A DNA stretch of 41,414 nucleotides, from contig CAMARC010000003.1 of the NCBI GenBank assembly GCA_945860405.1, positions 1 to 41,414 of the forward strand. Direction: 5' to 3'. The notes under the pieces were generated by a model, which searched no databases, was not told the origin of the DNA, and saw only the letters and a program-made list of their open reading frames with translations. The position numbers were made by a program, and so were the translations under genes. Below, piece after piece: positions 1-10,581 of this stretch (position 1 is its first letter; the number at the start of each line of letters is the position of its first letter). This DNA is from Candidatus Kuenenia stuttgartensis. GTDB taxonomy: Bacteria > Planctomycetota > Planctomycetia > Pirellulales > UBA1268.

Positions 1-1
1 C

Positions 2-1024
2 TTCGTCCTCCCGATGGCGATCGAACGTCATGTGACGATCCGCGTCCGCCCACGGGGCGACCGGTTGGCGGTGCTACGGACGCAACGGGACCGTCGGCCG
101 GTGACGCTCGACCTCACCGAGACGATCCATCCGGTGGGGCGGAGTTGGTCGAATTATGTCCGCGGCGTGATCGAGGGCTACCGACGGATCGGATTTGCGA
201 TCCCCGGTTTCGACGCCGAGATCACCGCTACCCTGCCGGCCGGGGCCGGATTGAGCTCGAGCGCCGCTGTCGAGGTGGCGACGGCGACCGTCGTGGAGAC
301 GCTCTGCGGCCGGAGTCTGCCCCGAGCGGAGAAGGCAATCCTCTGCCAGCGGGCCGAGCACGAGTTTGCCGGTGTCCCCTGCGGGATCATGGATCAATTC
401 GCCGTCTGCTTCGGGAAGGCTGGCCACGCGCTCGAGCTCGATTGCCGATCACGCGAGGTGGTGGCGGTGCCGATCGACGCCGCCGTCCGCGTCCTCGTCT
501 TCGACAGCGGCGTGAAGCACTCCCTGGCTGATGGGGAATACGCCAAGCGTCGGGCCGAGTGCGTTTCCGCTGCGCGAGGCCTGGGCGTCGGTTCGCTCCG
601 CGACGTCACGGCAGCGGATCTCGAGGCCGCCGCGGGGCGGCTCCCCACCACGGAGTTTGCCCGGGCGCGGCATGTCGTCGGCGAGATCGCCCGCGTGCCT
701 GCGTTCGTCGCGGCGCTCGCCGATCGCAATTGGGACAGTGCCGGCCGGCTGATGGGAGAGAGCCACCGGTCGCTGTCCGTCGATTACGCCGTCTCTTGTG
801 GGGAACTCGACCGGATCGTGGCACTCGCGGCGGGTGTCCCCGGGATCATCGGCTGCCGGATGACCGGCGGTGGCTTCGGCGGCAGTGCCGTGGCGCTGGT
901 GGAAGCGGACGGGGCGGAGGAAACGGGGCGCGTTCTCCACGCCGCCTACCGGGACGCCACCGGCATCGATGCCGCTTGGTTTCTCACCGCCGCCGGGGCA
1001 GGGCCGAGCGTGGCGATGGAATGA
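2..1024 (+). CDS. galK: Galactokinase (5'-truncated by window edge)
   Basis: Frame is open from the window start (FVLPMAI, the tail of the GalK signature). GHMP motifs PAGAGLSSSAA, CGIMDQ and RMTGGGFGG are present. Confidence 0.93.
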   Translation, partial: FVLPMAIERHVTIRVRPRGDRLAVLRTQRDRRPVTLDLTETIHPVGRSWSNYVRGVIEGYRRIGFAIPGFDAEITATLPAGAGLSSSAAVEVATATVVETLCGRSLPRAEKAILCQRAEHEFAGVPCGIMDQFAVCFGKAGHALELDCRSREVVAVPIDAAVRVLVFDSGVKHSLADGEYAKRRAECVSAARGLGVGSLRDVTAADLEAAAGRLPTTEFARARHVVGEIARVPAFVAALADRNWDSAGRLMGESHRSLSVDYAVSCGELDRIVALAAGVPGIIGCRMTGGGFGGSAVALVEADGAEETGRVLHAAYRDATGIDAAWFLTAAGAGPSVAME

Positions 1025-1043
1025 GCGGGAACCAGGGGGCAAG

Positions 1044-3386
1044 TCAGCCCTCCCGCGCCTTTCCGAAGAGAACCGCTTCCACCGCCTCGGCGTGAAGAAT
1101 GAGGCGGCCAACGAGTTGCCATCCGAGCCAAGGGAAAAGATTTGCCACCTGACTTGCCGCCGTGATCACCGCATCGGGAGTATCAGCCAACACCTCCTCC
1201 GGGACGAGATACCGTCCGATCGTCATCGTCCGGTTGGCGTGATAGAGGGGGTAGGGCTCCTCGAGGAGCGGCGTGCGGATAGCCTGAATCGCGGCAGTCG
1301 TGCGGGTGAGGAGATCGCCGAATGCCTTGTGGGCCGCATTGTCGAGCTCGTGCTCGGCGAGATAGCCGAGCCAGAACTCGAGCGCCGTGACGTTGCCCGA
1401 CACGGTAATCCACTCCGTCTGCCGGGCCGTCAAGGCGACAAGAGCGCGCGAGAGCCGGACCACATCGGCCCTCCGGTCAACGGCTTCCGGGAGTTTTTCC
1501 TCGGCCTCCGGTGAGGCAAGCCAGCCGAGGGCTGCGCGGAGGCGCTGATCGACGAGCCTGCGGCGTTCCAGCAGCGGAGCCGAACGCGTGCGGAAGTCGT
1601 CCCAGGTCTCCTGCCGGAATTGCTCGACGTCGACGATCGAATGGAAGCTCATCCCCATGTGCGTGTCGTCAAAACGCTGCCCTGTTCCCACGATCGATTC
1701 GACGAGGTAGGTGTGCCGATGCTTGGCGAGGGGCGAGCAGATTTCACGGATGGCCTCCGCGGGTTGAGGGGGCGACCGCCCCAGGGCCGCGCGCGTGCCC
1801 TGCAGGGAGGCGCGGCATTCCTCGGCGGTCCGCCCCGATGGTCCGCGTGCCCCGGGGAACGGCAGGTGTGGGATGAGATCGCCCCCCAGCCAACGGTCGG
1901 CTGCATCCCGGGCGGTCTTCTCGGCCTGTTGCTGCGAGAGGAGAGTGGACACTGGCCGCAACTGCTCCAGTGAGACCTTTCCCGGGAGGGCCTCGGTGTA
2001 CCTTGCCAGGGAGAGCGTCCGACAGACTCGCGGGAAGTCGGCAAACAGGCGCGACGCTGGTTCCGCACAGGCGAGCACCGGCTCCGCCCCGTCGGCTGCG
2101 GCCCGGGCGATCCGCTCCCGGTCGGCGGGGTGGGTGGCGAAGAGCGCGGTCTTCTCCTCGGCCGCCGATTTCTCGATGCTTTGCTGCTCCTCGGTGGAGA
2201 GGTTGTGGGAGCACTCGACGACGAGATCGGGCACGCTGTCGGCGAGGACCCCTTCGAACCAACTCTCCTGGAGGAGTTGCCAGGCTTTCTGCTCGGCGAC
2301 CGAGAGCCGCGGAAGGCAGCGGAACGTGTCGGCGACGATCTTTCCGCCGACGAGCCTGGTCTGGTGGAGGTCGGCGTCGTATTCCATCTGCCTGGAGAGG
2401 TGACAGGAGAGGGCATGAGCGACCCACATCAGGCCGAAGAGGATCCGGCGCGTGAGCCAGATGCCCCATCGCGCGAGGCAGAAGATCATGCCGATCCACA
2501 AACCGCTCCCCTTCTCCCACTCCTGGAGCCATACGTCCCACGCGTCGCGTTGCCAGACGACGCGGGCAAACCAGCCGTTGATGCGGTGGATGAGGGCGCC
2601 GAAGCCCATCCCGGCGCTCTGGGTGAAGTGGCCGAATTCATGTGCGAGGACGCCGGCAAACTGCTCGACCGACATCCCTGCCGCGAGTGGCAGACCGATC
2701 GTCAACACCAAGTCGTTGCGCGCGAGACTCGCCAGGCCGCGCCGGTAGGACGCCGAGGCGTTGACTTGCAGATCAATGTCGATCCGCTTCGGCAGTGGGG
2801 CTCCGACCGCCGCACAGATCCGGTTCACGAAGGCAAAGAGCGTCGGCTCGTCCTCGGGGCGGAGGGAGTGGGGCTCGGCGTCCTTTGGCCGGCGTGCCAG
2901 GAGTGGCTTCACCATGAAGGCCACGAGGACAGCGCCGATGACTGCCGGGGCGACGTAGGCCAAAACCGGCATGGCAGCGGCTTTCCCGCGGAGCTTGTGA
3001 TCGGTGAGCATCCCGACGTTATGCACCAGATGCCACCACACTCCCCAGCCGACGCCGAGGATCATTGTCAGGTAGATCATCGGCAGGAGGATCATCACCA
3101 CCCCGACCAGCGTCAGGGAGAGACGGTAGCCGAGCGTCGTCCCCACCGGACGGATATTGCCGGTGACCAGGGCCACCGCCTCGGCTGGGGAGAGTGGGCC
3201 TGCCGGCAGCGGCGGAGGCTTCGGCGGCTGGGCCGCTTGGGAGGAGTTGGCTGCCATCTGCCCGTCGCTCCGAGCGTCGACGCGGAAGGGAGTGGTGCAC
3301 TTCGGGCACTTCACGGACTTTCCCGCCAACTCGTCCTTGGCCCGTCCGGACCAGGCACACTTCGGGCATCTGACGCCGATCGACAT
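1044..3386 (-). CDS. M48-family (HtpX/Ste24-like) membrane zinc metalloprotease with N-terminal zinc ribbon
   Basis: CPKC-x16-CPKC N-terminus, TM segments, VNASA, LAHEFGH, downstream EYDAD and THP-x3-RI. ATG at 3386 is preceded by GGAGG; the ORF track starts at 3401. Confidence 0.85.
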   Translation of the reverse strand: MSIGVRCPKCAWSGRAKDELAGKSVKCPKCTTPFRVDARSDGQMAANSSQAAQPPKPPPLPAGPLSPAEAVALVTGNIRPVGTTLGYRLSLTLVGVVMILLPMIYLTMILGVGWGVWWHLVHNVGMLTDHKLRGKAAAMPVLAYVAPAVIGAVLVAFMVKPLLARRPKDAEPHSLRPEDEPTLFAFVNRICAAVGAPLPKRIDIDLQVNASASYRRGLASLARNDLVLTIGLPLAAGMSVEQFAGVLAHEFGHFTQSAGMGFGALIHRINGWFARVVWQRDAWDVWLQEWEKGSGLWIGMIFCLARWGIWLTRRILFGLMWVAHALSCHLSRQMEYDADLHQTRLVGGKIVADTFRCLPRLSVAEQKAWQLLQESWFEGVLADSVPDLVVECSHNLSTEEQQSIEKSAAEEKTALFATHPADRERIARAAADGAEPVLACAEPASRLFADFPRVCRTLSLARYTEALPGKVSLEQLRPVSTLLSQQQAEKTARDAADRWLGGDLIPHLPFPGARGPSGRTAEECRASLQGTRAALGRSPPQPAEAIREICSPLAKHRHTYLVESIVGTGQRFDDTHMGMSFHSIVDVEQFRQETWDDFRTRSAPLLERRRLVDQRLRAALGWLASPEAEEKLPEAVDRRADVVRLSRALVALTARQTEWITVSGNVTALEFWLGYLAEHELDNAAHKAFGDLLTRTTAAIQAIRTPLLEEPYPLYHANRTMTIGRYLVPEEVLADTPDAVITAASQVANLFPWLGWQLVGRLILHAEAVEAVLFGKAREG

Positions 3387-3568
3387 GTGGTTGCCCTCCA
3401 CTCGGAACGTTTCCCCCTCCGGCGAAGTATATCGATCGCTGCCCCGATTCTCCCGGCGGCACGACCGGCGCGTCGGGAGTATTCTGGGGAGGTCGCCTGC
3501 CCAGCCATGGGATCACAGGCCGGGGAAGCGATCCCCAACACCGAATCTCGACGCGCGGAGGTGCTGCC

Positions 3569-4960
3569 ATGGGAATGATGGGAATTCGAACCGATCGTTT
3601 GAAGACGGGCATTCCGCTGCGGACGCATGCCGGGGTGGCAGCCGTGCTCATCCTTTTCGCCGGCTGCGGTGGGACGACGCCTCCTAACGCGGCCAAGCCG
3701 GCAGCCCAGACCGCCGTCGAGCCGCGTCCGGTGTCGATCGCGCCGGAGGCGCGCGAGGTGATCGAGCGGATGGCGAAGTTCTTCGGCGCCAGGAAGGGCT
3801 TCACGCTGCGGCAGGTGAGTACCACGACGGTCTCTGACGAGGCCGCCAAGAAGCTCGCCGGAGCGATGACGCACGCGGTGCGTGTCGAACGGCCTCATCG
3901 ACTGGCCGTGGTCCTCACCGGCGACCAGCCGGGGAGCGGCGCGGTGATCAGCGACGGTGAGGCACTCGTCATCCACCAAAAGCAGAAGGACGCCAACCGT
4001 TACGAGTCGTCGCCGGCTCCCGCCACCCTTTCTGAACTCGTCGACAATCCCCATCTCCGCACGATGCTCGCCGTCGGCGGGGCCGACGTGATCACAAAGG
4101 CGGTGCTCGCCGAGGATCTGTCCGCCGCCTTGCTCGAGGGGGTGCAGGAGCTCTCGGTGGCCGGCTCCGAGGAGGTCGATGGCCGGCCGTGCACGCACCT
4201 CGTGGCCCGGACCGACTCGGGGAATTGGGACGTATGGGTGGCGACCGGCGATGAACCCGTGCCGGTGAAGTTCGTGCCTGCCATCGGCCAGCTTTTCTTC
4301 GGTGGCACAAACGTCGACCTCTCATCGACGGTGATGTTCGACCAATGGCGGTTCGATCCGGCCTGCGAGGCTGCCGACTTCGCCTTCGTGCCTGAGGAGG
4401 GCTGGGAAAAGGTCGAGTCGCTCTCCGGCTTTGCCGAACAGGCCCGTCGCGAACGGCTCGCCGCCGCCCGGCCATCGATCCACCCCACCGTCGGGTTTCC
4501 CGGCACGCCGCTCTCGCTGGTCGGGGCGGACGGCTCCCGTTTCGATCCCGCGATGCAGAAGGACAAGATCGTCGTGCTCGACTTCTGGGCTTCGTGGTGC
4601 GGCCCGTGCCGTGCCACGCTCCCGGTTGTCGCGCAGATCTGCAACGAGTATGCCGACAAGGGGATCGTGTTTCGCGCCGTCAACGTCAAGGAGGATCCGG
4701 AGACGATTCGTACGTTCCTCGCCGAGGAGCCGATCGATGCCGCGGTGGTCATGGACACCGAAGGCAAAGCTTCGGCGGCGTATCGGGTCGAGGCGATCCC
4801 GCACACGGTGATCATCGGTCGGGACGGGATCGTTCAGGCCGTCCACGTCGGCGCGGCCGAGGGGATGGAAGCGAAGCTCCGCAAGCAACTCGACGCTCTG
4901 CTCGAGGGGAAATCGCTGGCGCCGAAGGGGGGCAACCAGGCCCGCGCGGAGCCGCTGTGA
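3569..4960 (+). CDS. Lipoprotein: DUF2092-like domain fused to TlpA/redoxin thioredoxin domain
   Basis: Lipobox-like LFAGC. Beta-rich LolA-like middle domain (GSEEVDGRPCTHL, WDVWVATG). C-terminal VVLDFWASWCGPC and cis-Pro motif AIPHTVIIGRDG. Confidence 0.8.
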   Translation: MGMMGIRTDRLKTGIPLRTHAGVAAVLILFAGCGGTTPPNAAKPAAQTAVEPRPVSIAPEAREVIERMAKFFGARKGFTLRQVSTTTVSDEAAKKLAGAMTHAVRVERPHRLAVVLTGDQPGSGAVISDGEALVIHQKQKDANRYESSPAPATLSELVDNPHLRTMLAVGGADVITKAVLAEDLSAALLEGVQELSVAGSEEVDGRPCTHLVARTDSGNWDVWVATGDEPVPVKFVPAIGQLFFGGTNVDLSSTVMFDQWRFDPACEAADFAFVPEEGWEKVESLSGFAEQARRERLAAARPSIHPTVGFPGTPLSLVGADGSRFDPAMQKDKIVVLDFWASWCGPCRATLPVVAQICNEYADKGIVFRAVNVKEDPETIRTFLAEEPIDAAVVMDTEGKASAAYRVEAIPHTVIIGRDGIVQAVHVGAAEGMEAKLRKQLDALLEGKSLAPKGGNQARAEPL

Positions 4961-5045
4961 ACGCTCGATGCTTCCGGGACCCGAACGGGCCTGCAAGAGC
5001 GCCTTGCCGGGCGTCCGGAAGGATCGCGACGACTGCGACTGGAGA

Positions 5046-5444
5046 TCAGTTGGCGCGCTCGAGCCGGAAGACCCCGTTGTCCTTCTTCGAGGTGTAGCGA
5101 GCCTCGAATCGACAGGCGTCGGCTTCAGCCCGGTAGCAGAATGTCCCGAACATCCGGCCGAGCCAAGAACTCCCCGCCAAGATCACCCCGTCGCCGCCGT
5201 CCTCGATGACCCGGAGGGTGACGGAGTACCTGAAGGGTAGGATCTTGAAGAAGCGACCGGAGAAGTCGACCGCCCAGCGTCCCTCGCCACAGGGCCGGAA
5301 CGTGGCCCGGAGGGGGCCAGCGTGACCGGTGGACGTGCTTTCCCAGCTTCCAGACCACGATCCCGACAGATCGACCGCGCGGGCCGGCGTGGCGACGGAC
5401 AGGAGGAGGGCAAGCGCCAACGGGGCGATGAGGCGGGGGAACAT
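5046..5444 (-). CDS. Small secreted hypothetical protein
   Basis: Signal peptide MFPRLIAPLALALLLSVATPARA followed by a beta-rich Trp/Gly domain (LSGSWSGSW). Start placed at the internal ATG 5444. Confidence 0.7.
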   Translation of the reverse strand: MFPRLIAPLALALLLSVATPARAVDLSGSWSGSWESTSTGHAGPLRATFRPCGEGRWAVDFSGRFFKILPFRYSVTLRVIEDGGDGVILAGSSWLGRMFGTFCYRAEADACRFEARYTSKKDNGVFRLERAN

Positions 5445-5638
5445 CGATTCCGGCTCCTGAGGCTGGGACAAGAGGCCTGCCGAGTTTGATTCGCCCTTGC
5501 GGGGATGCAAGCGGCGGAGAGGGGATGACGGGGGGCGATTCCAGGGCGATCATGGAGGAAAACCACCGAAACGTTGACCTTCATCGAACCCGGGGGTAGT
5601 CCTCGACGTAGAAGGTCCCACCCGCCGGAGGCTCTGCC

Positions 5639-7552
5639 ATGTTTTCCCGCTTTCCCTTTACCCTCCGCCGGTTCTCCCTGCCGCGGCCGGCTCGGTCCGG
5701 GAAATCCCGCTTCGGCCGTCGAAGCCTCCGCAAGCGTCCGGGGCACTGGGAAACCCTCGGCGTGGGGATGCATGGGACGGAGATGCTCGAGCAGAGGATG
5801 ATGCTCGCCGCCGATCTCGTTTTGTCCTTCAACGATGCCGATGCCTGGTATGCGCCGGCCACTCAGACGTCCTACGCGCTCACCGTCTCCAACATCGGCA
5901 CCGACACCGCTCAAAACGCCGTCCTCACGACCGCGCTGGGGAGCCAGATCTCCGGGGCTGTCTGGTCGGCGGCCTATCAGAACGGGGGCGTCGGCCCCCT
6001 CTCCGGCGCTGGTGGGCCCTCCGGCACGCTCACGCTTCCAGCAGGGGCGAGCGTCACCTTCAGCGTCACCGCCCAGGTCGCAGCCGACGAGACCGGGGCC
6101 CTTGTCACCGCGGCGAGCGTTTCAGGGGGAGGCGACACGACCCCGGCCAACAACGCCGCGACCTCGACGCTCAAGTTCGTCCGGGCATCGATTGCCGTCA
6201 CGGATGATATTGGTTGGTCGAGCACGTCGAAGGTGCGCCTCGTGGAGCCGGCGACCGGAGCCGAGATCGCCTCTGCCAATGCCTTCGAGGCGGGGTTCAA
6301 GGGGGGCGTGCGCACGGCCCTGGGGGATCTCGATGGTGACGGTAAGCGCGAGGTTGTTGCGGTCTCCGGTCATGGCCGGGCCGCGGAAGTGCTTGTCTTC
6401 AAGCAGCAGATCGACGATGCCGGCAAGGTGACGCTCGTCAAGGATCCGGCCTACACCATCCAGCCGTTTGGCGCTTCGTATCGTCGGGGCCTCCAAGTGG
6501 CTGTCGGTGACTTCGACGGTAACGGCACCGCTGACATCGCCGTCGCCAAGGCATTCGGGAAGGGGGATGTGAAGGTCTACACCTCGACGCTCTCCGCCAC
6601 CCAGCCGCTCACCCTCTACCGCTCGTTCACCCCCACGATCGCCGGTTCAGTCGCTGGTGTCCGGCTGGCGGCAGGGGACTTCGGAACGTTCACGTCGGGG
6701 GCCACGACCGATGCCACGAAGGCCGATAATCGGCAGGAACTCGTCATCGCCAGTACTTCCGGCGTCAAGCCGACGGTGCAGGTGGTTGATCTCTCCGGGA
6801 CTACCGAGAAGGTGGTGAAAACGGTGTCTCCCTTCACGGCGGCCTTCAAGGGCGGACTGCACGTTGTGGCGGCCCGCTTCAACGCCGACGCGGTGGCCGA
6901 TCTGGTCGTCGCCCCGGATGGCGGCGGAACGTCAAAGATCCAGGTTTACGACGGCAAGGTGGGGGGCGCCGCCACCCCGCTCTCGGAGTTTTCCGCCTAC
7001 GGCGATCTCGCCTCGAAGCCGGTCGGCGTGACGGTGGCGGCCATCGACACCGACGGCGACGGCCGCATCGATCAGATGATCACCAATCAGAGCCGCGTCG
7101 CCGTCGGGACCGAGCGGGTGTTCGACTACGACGCCACGAAGAACGTCTGGACCAAGTCAGCGGAAAACACCGGGGTGTCCCGATCTCCGCTCGTCGCGGC
7201 ACCGATAGCCCCCCTCCCCTATGAGGGGATGGTGACGACGGCCAGCGGGCTGGTCTACCGCGATATCGTTGTCGGCACTGGGAAAAAGCCGACGTCGCCG
7301 ACGTCGACGGTCAGGGTGAACTACACCGGCTGGCTGCCCGACGGCACCCGGTTCGATGGCAACAGCGGAGTCACTTTTGGCCTCAATCAAGTGATCAAAG
7401 GCTGGACCGAAGCGCTGTCCACCATGAACGAAGGGAGCCGTCGCCTGCTTGTCATCCCGGCTGACCTCGCCTACGGTGCTGCCGGCAGCCCGCCCAAGAT
7501 CGGGCCAAACGCCACGCTCGTCTTCGACGTCGAGTTGCTTTCGACGACCTGA
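5639..7552 (+). CDS. Exported protein: planctomycete signal + DUF11-like Ig domain + FG-GAP-type repeats + C-terminal FKBP peptidyl-prolyl isomerase
   Basis: Arg-rich leader with [10 protein letters not shown], then YALTVSNIG...DTTPANN, GDLDGDG/GDFDGNG/DTDGDG repeats, and FKBP motifs [44 protein letters not shown]. Confidence 0.85.
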   Translation: MFSRFPFTLRRFSLPRPARSGKSRFGRRSLRKRPGHWETLGVGMHGTEMLEQRMMLAADLVLSFNDADAWYAPATQTSYALTVSNIGTDTAQNAVLTTALGSQISGAVWSAAYQNGGVGPLSGAGGPSGTLTLPAGASVTFSVTAQVAADETGALVTAASVSGGGDTTPANNAATSTLKFVRASIAVTDDIGWSSTSKVRLVEPATGAEIASANAFEAGFKGGVRTALGDLDGDGKREVVAVSGHGRAAEVLVFKQQIDDAGKVTLVKDPAYTIQPFGASYRRGLQVAVGDFDGNGTADIAVAKAFGKGDVKVYTSTLSATQPLTLYRSFTPTIAGSVAGVRLAAGDFGTFTSGATTDATKADNRQELVIASTSGVKPTVQVVDLSGTTEKVVKTVSPFTAAFKGGLHVVAARFNADAVADLVVAPDGGGTSKIQVYDGKVGGAATPLSEFSAYGDLASKPVGVTVAAIDTDGDGRIDQMITNQSRVAVGTERVFDYDATKNVWTKSAENTGVSRSPLVAAPIAPLPYEGMVTTASGLVYRDIVVGTGKKPTSPTSTVRVNYTGWLPDGTRFDGNSGVTFGLNQVIKGWTEALSTMNEGSRRLLVIPADLAYGAAGSPPKIGPNATLVFDVELLSTT

Positions 7553-7571
7553 TCGGGGTTGTCGAAGCCCA

Positions 7572-8768
7572 CTACCAGCGGGCTTCAAGGCCCGCATTGG
7601 CACCCGACAGGAAAAGACTGCCGGTGTTGTCGATGGCGGTCGACGGAGAGGTGCTTGCCGAGAAGTTGTATTGGTCGGGGGCGAGCGCCACGCCGGTGAG
7701 CCAAAGCAGGTTGTAGCCGAACCGGAATCCCCAGGTGTCGTCGATCCGCCAGATCCCTGACAGGTTGGCATCGGCGATCATGCCCATGCCCCCCTTCCAG
7801 GACGAACCGGTGGGGCGGAACGGGTCGAGCGGGGCGAGCTGGTCCTGGAACGACTGGGTCTGGGAGAGCGACGTCCCGGCGAGCCCGACCTTGATCCAGC
7901 TCTCGAGGGCCCACTCCTGGAACTCCATCCTCCCGCGAACGCCGACCTGGCCGGCAAACAGGTTTGAGGAGGTGTGAGCCGTGTAGGTGTTCGCCGCCGG
8001 GGCACCGGACGGCGTGAAGCCGAGGATGCCGACGTCGTCGAGCCCGGCCCAGCGGAAGCCGGTGATCCAGTCGAGGTGGCCACCGTCGTACCAATTCACC
8101 CGCTGCGATGGACGTTGGGAGCGGGGATTCCAGCCGCCGTCGAACTGGTGGAAGACGATGTTGGCATCGGCCGACTGCAGCGCCGTGATCCCGGTGAAGT
8201 CGCCCTGGGAACCGTTCTGCATCGCTGTCGATGCGGAGCCGAGCGCGCCGGGGGCTTGGAGGAGGGCGTTGGGGCTCTCCATGCGGGCCCGGGAGTACAT
8301 GTTCCACAAGCCGAGGTAGCCGGTTTCCCAGCCGATGCCGTCGCAGCCGTAATCGCCATAGAGGAGGCGGACGCCGGGGGCCACCGTGCTCTGCAGCATG
8401 TTCGTCTGCAGGGCCGTGAACTGGGGAGTCACGTTCTCCACGACCAGCGGGCCATCTTTGAGAGCGTTGTTGCGCTGCATGGCCAAGGCATCGAAGACGA
8501 AATAGCGCTGGGGATCGGTGGAGGCGCCGACCAGCGGGCCCGAAAAGACTTCGGTTGGGGACTCGACGGCGGTTTGAGTTCGGGGCGGGGGCGCCTCGGC
8601 GGCCGGCAAGATGTCGGCCGGCACCGGCGGGACGTCGCCGGGGAGTTCGAGTCCGCCTTCCGGGGCCGCGCCTGCCGCCTGGATGGCATGGAGGCAAAGG
8701 CACGCCATCATCGAGAGGAAAAAGCCCCCCGGGAGCATGCCGCGTGTCACGGAAGAGGATGTGCGCAT
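7572..8768 (-). CDS. Outer-membrane beta-barrel protein (BBP7-like, planctomycete)
   Basis: Signal-like N-terminus, Pro-rich spacer, amphipathic strands, RFGYNLLWLTGVALAPDQ motif and terminal aromatic residue (AGLEARW). Confidence 0.75.
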   Translation of the reverse strand: MRTSSSVTRGMLPGGFFLSMMACLCLHAIQAAGAAPEGGLELPGDVPPVPADILPAAEAPPPRTQTAVESPTEVFSGPLVGASTDPQRYFVFDALAMQRNNALKDGPLVVENVTPQFTALQTNMLQSTVAPGVRLLYGDYGCDGIGWETGYLGLWNMYSRARMESPNALLQAPGALGSASTAMQNGSQGDFTGITALQSADANIVFHQFDGGWNPRSQRPSQRVNWYDGGHLDWITGFRWAGLDDVGILGFTPSGAPAANTYTAHTSSNLFAGQVGVRGRMEFQEWALESWIKVGLAGTSLSQTQSFQDQLAPLDPFRPTGSSWKGGMGMIADANLSGIWRIDDTWGFRFGYNLLWLTGVALAPDQYNFSASTSPSTAIDNTGSLFLSGANAGLEARW

Positions 8769-8817
8769 CGAAAGTCCGTCGCGATCGGTGGATCCGGAAC
8801 GACCCGTGTCTCCGGTC

Positions 8818-8845
8818 TATTCGGCACACTCCGCGCAGGGCATGA
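8818..8845 (-). promoter_or_regulatory. Possible sigma28-like promoter for the OM barrel gene
   Basis: Minus strand TCATG-N15-GCCGAATA about 50 bp upstream of the ATG. It resembles TCAAG/TAAA-N15-GCCGATAA, with mismatches. Confidence 0.25.
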
Positions 8846-8956
8846 GAATCGCGATCGAACATCCCACCGACCGGCAGGCTGCCGAAACTGCGGGGTTTTC
8901 GCGGCCGGATGCGAGGCCAGCGGGGATGGACAGGAAGTTTGGGGCGACAGTGGCGA

Positions 8957-10519
8957 TCACCCCTCCCGGATGACGATTCCCTGCTCCTCGAGGATCGGGA
9001 GGACGTTGACGCGGAAACCCTCGCAGGCCGAGGCGAGCCGGCTGCGCCGTTCAGCGGGATCGGTGATCGGCTTTCCCTCGTGGTTGATTACGCGCTCGTA
9101 CTTAGTCATCAAAGCGTCGACCCCTATCGCCAGGTCGTCGCAGCCTCCGTCGAGCCAGGCGGTGAGAATCGCGGCGTCGAGATCCCCGATCGTGATCGCT
9201 GATCCACTGGTGGCACTGGCCAACGGAACGCCACGACCACCAAACATTTCGCCGGCCAAAATCGCCCGGTTGAAGGCTGACGGCATGGCGATCCGTTTTG
9301 CCGCGACGGTGCGGTCGATCTCGAGGAATGGTCCGGACGAAACCTCGAACAACTGCATCCCGACCCCGGCATCGACGGCCTTGGCGATCTCGAGATCGGT
9401 CGACGACGACAGCCGTGGGTCGGCGATGATCTCCGACATCCGCATGCCACGGCCGGCGAGCATGTCGAGGAGCGTGCCGTACAGGCCACCGTCGACGGTG
9501 GAGTTCACCACGCCGAGATTGACGGTGATCGGCAATTGCACGCCCGGCTTGGGATTGCGGTACCAGAGATCATCGGCCGTGCGGAGACGCGCGGCGACGT
9601 CGGGAAGGAAGGTTGGCTGCTTTCCGTACACGTCCCATCGGAACATCGTGTTGGCGCAGAAGTCCTTATGGGCCTCGGTCACGAGCCGATTGGTCGTGGT
9701 GCGGAAGAGGTCGTGGAACACCGGCGCGACGCACAGATCCCAGAAGTTCGTGTGCACCGGGAGGCTGCCAACGAAGCTCAGGCCGGCCTCCGCGAACTGG
9801 CCGGCGACCTCGGCAAAATAGAAGCTCGTCCAATGTTCGTTGAGGTATTCGTGGGCCAGGTAGCGGGGGTCCTGGCCGCGGATCGTGTCGACGTAGGCCG
9901 CGGCGTTGGGGTTATCGACGAAGTACTTCGCCTTCTGATCCCGCATGTAGGCGAGGTAGTTGACGGCGTCGCGGGCCCGCTGAACGCTGTCTCCCTGCCG
10001 CAGGGCGGCGTACTGCCGGAGAATGCCGCGGATCGGCTGGAGATGGGCCCATCCCGGCATGGCGTTGTAGCTCAGCAGGAGGAGCCCGCCAGGGGCGAGC
10101 CGCTCGGAGGCGATGCGGAGGATGTCGGTGCGGACATCGGGCGCGACCCAACTCCACACGCCGTGGAGCGTGATGAAGTCGAAGTCGCGGAGATCGTCGG
10201 GGAGCTGGGAGAAGTCGGAGGTGACGATCTGGGCATTGGAGAGCCCGCCGACCTCGATGTCGCGGGCGATCTGAGCCGTGTGCTGCGGATTGAGGTCGAC
10301 GCCGACGAACGAGCCCCTGGGGTTGGCAGCGGCAAGCGTTGTCAGCGTTCGGCCCAGGCCGCAGCCGAGCTCCAGATACTTGAAGCCATCCGCAACCGCG
10401 GGGGGCTTGATGCGGTTGAGGATCGCGACATGACGCAGCGCTTTGGGGGCGAGGTGTGGGTAGAAGCCCGGGACGTAGGCGACATCCGTGACATACCCGG
10501 CCGAGTTGGGGGCGGACAC
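8957..10519 (-). CDS. Class I SAM-dependent methyltransferase with methyltransferase regulatory domain (MethyTransf_Reg-like)
   Basis: GYVTDVAY N-terminus, YLELGCGLG motif I, FDFITLHGVWSWV, SYNAMPGW and YLAHEYLNEHW. GTG at 10519 has GGAG upstream; the ORF track uses TTG 10525. Confidence 0.85.
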   Translation of the reverse strand: MSAPNSAGYVTDVAYVPGFYPHLAPKALRHVAILNRIKPPAVADGFKYLELGCGLGRTLTTLAAANPRGSFVGVDLNPQHTAQIARDIEVGGLSNAQIVTSDFSQLPDDLRDFDFITLHGVWSWVAPDVRTDILRIASERLAPGGLLLLSYNAMPGWAHLQPIRGILRQYAALRQGDSVQRARDAVNYLAYMRDQKAKYFVDNPNAAAYVDTIRGQDPRYLAHEYLNEHWTSFYFAEVAGQFAEAGLSFVGSLPVHTNFWDLCVAPVFHDLFRTTTNRLVTEAHKDFCANTMFRWDVYGKQPTFLPDVAARLRTADDLWYRNPKPGVQLPITVNLGVVNSTVDGGLYGTLLDMLAGRGMRMSEIIADPRLSSSTDLEIAKAVDAGVGMQLFEVSSGPFLEIDRTVAAKRIAMPSAFNRAILAGEMFGGRGVPLASATSGSAITIGDLDAAILTAWLDGGCDDLAIGVDALMTKYERVINHEGKPITDPAERRSRLASACEGFRVNVLPILEEQGIVIREG

Positions 10520-10581
10520 CAGCAAGCTCCAGCAAAAAGGGAGGGGCAGCCGTGGGGATGTCCCGCGGCACGAAAGCGCGA

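Noticed and set aside
3297-3370. Direct repeat CACTTCGGGCA x2
   Set aside because: It simply encodes the two CPKC zinc knuckles.
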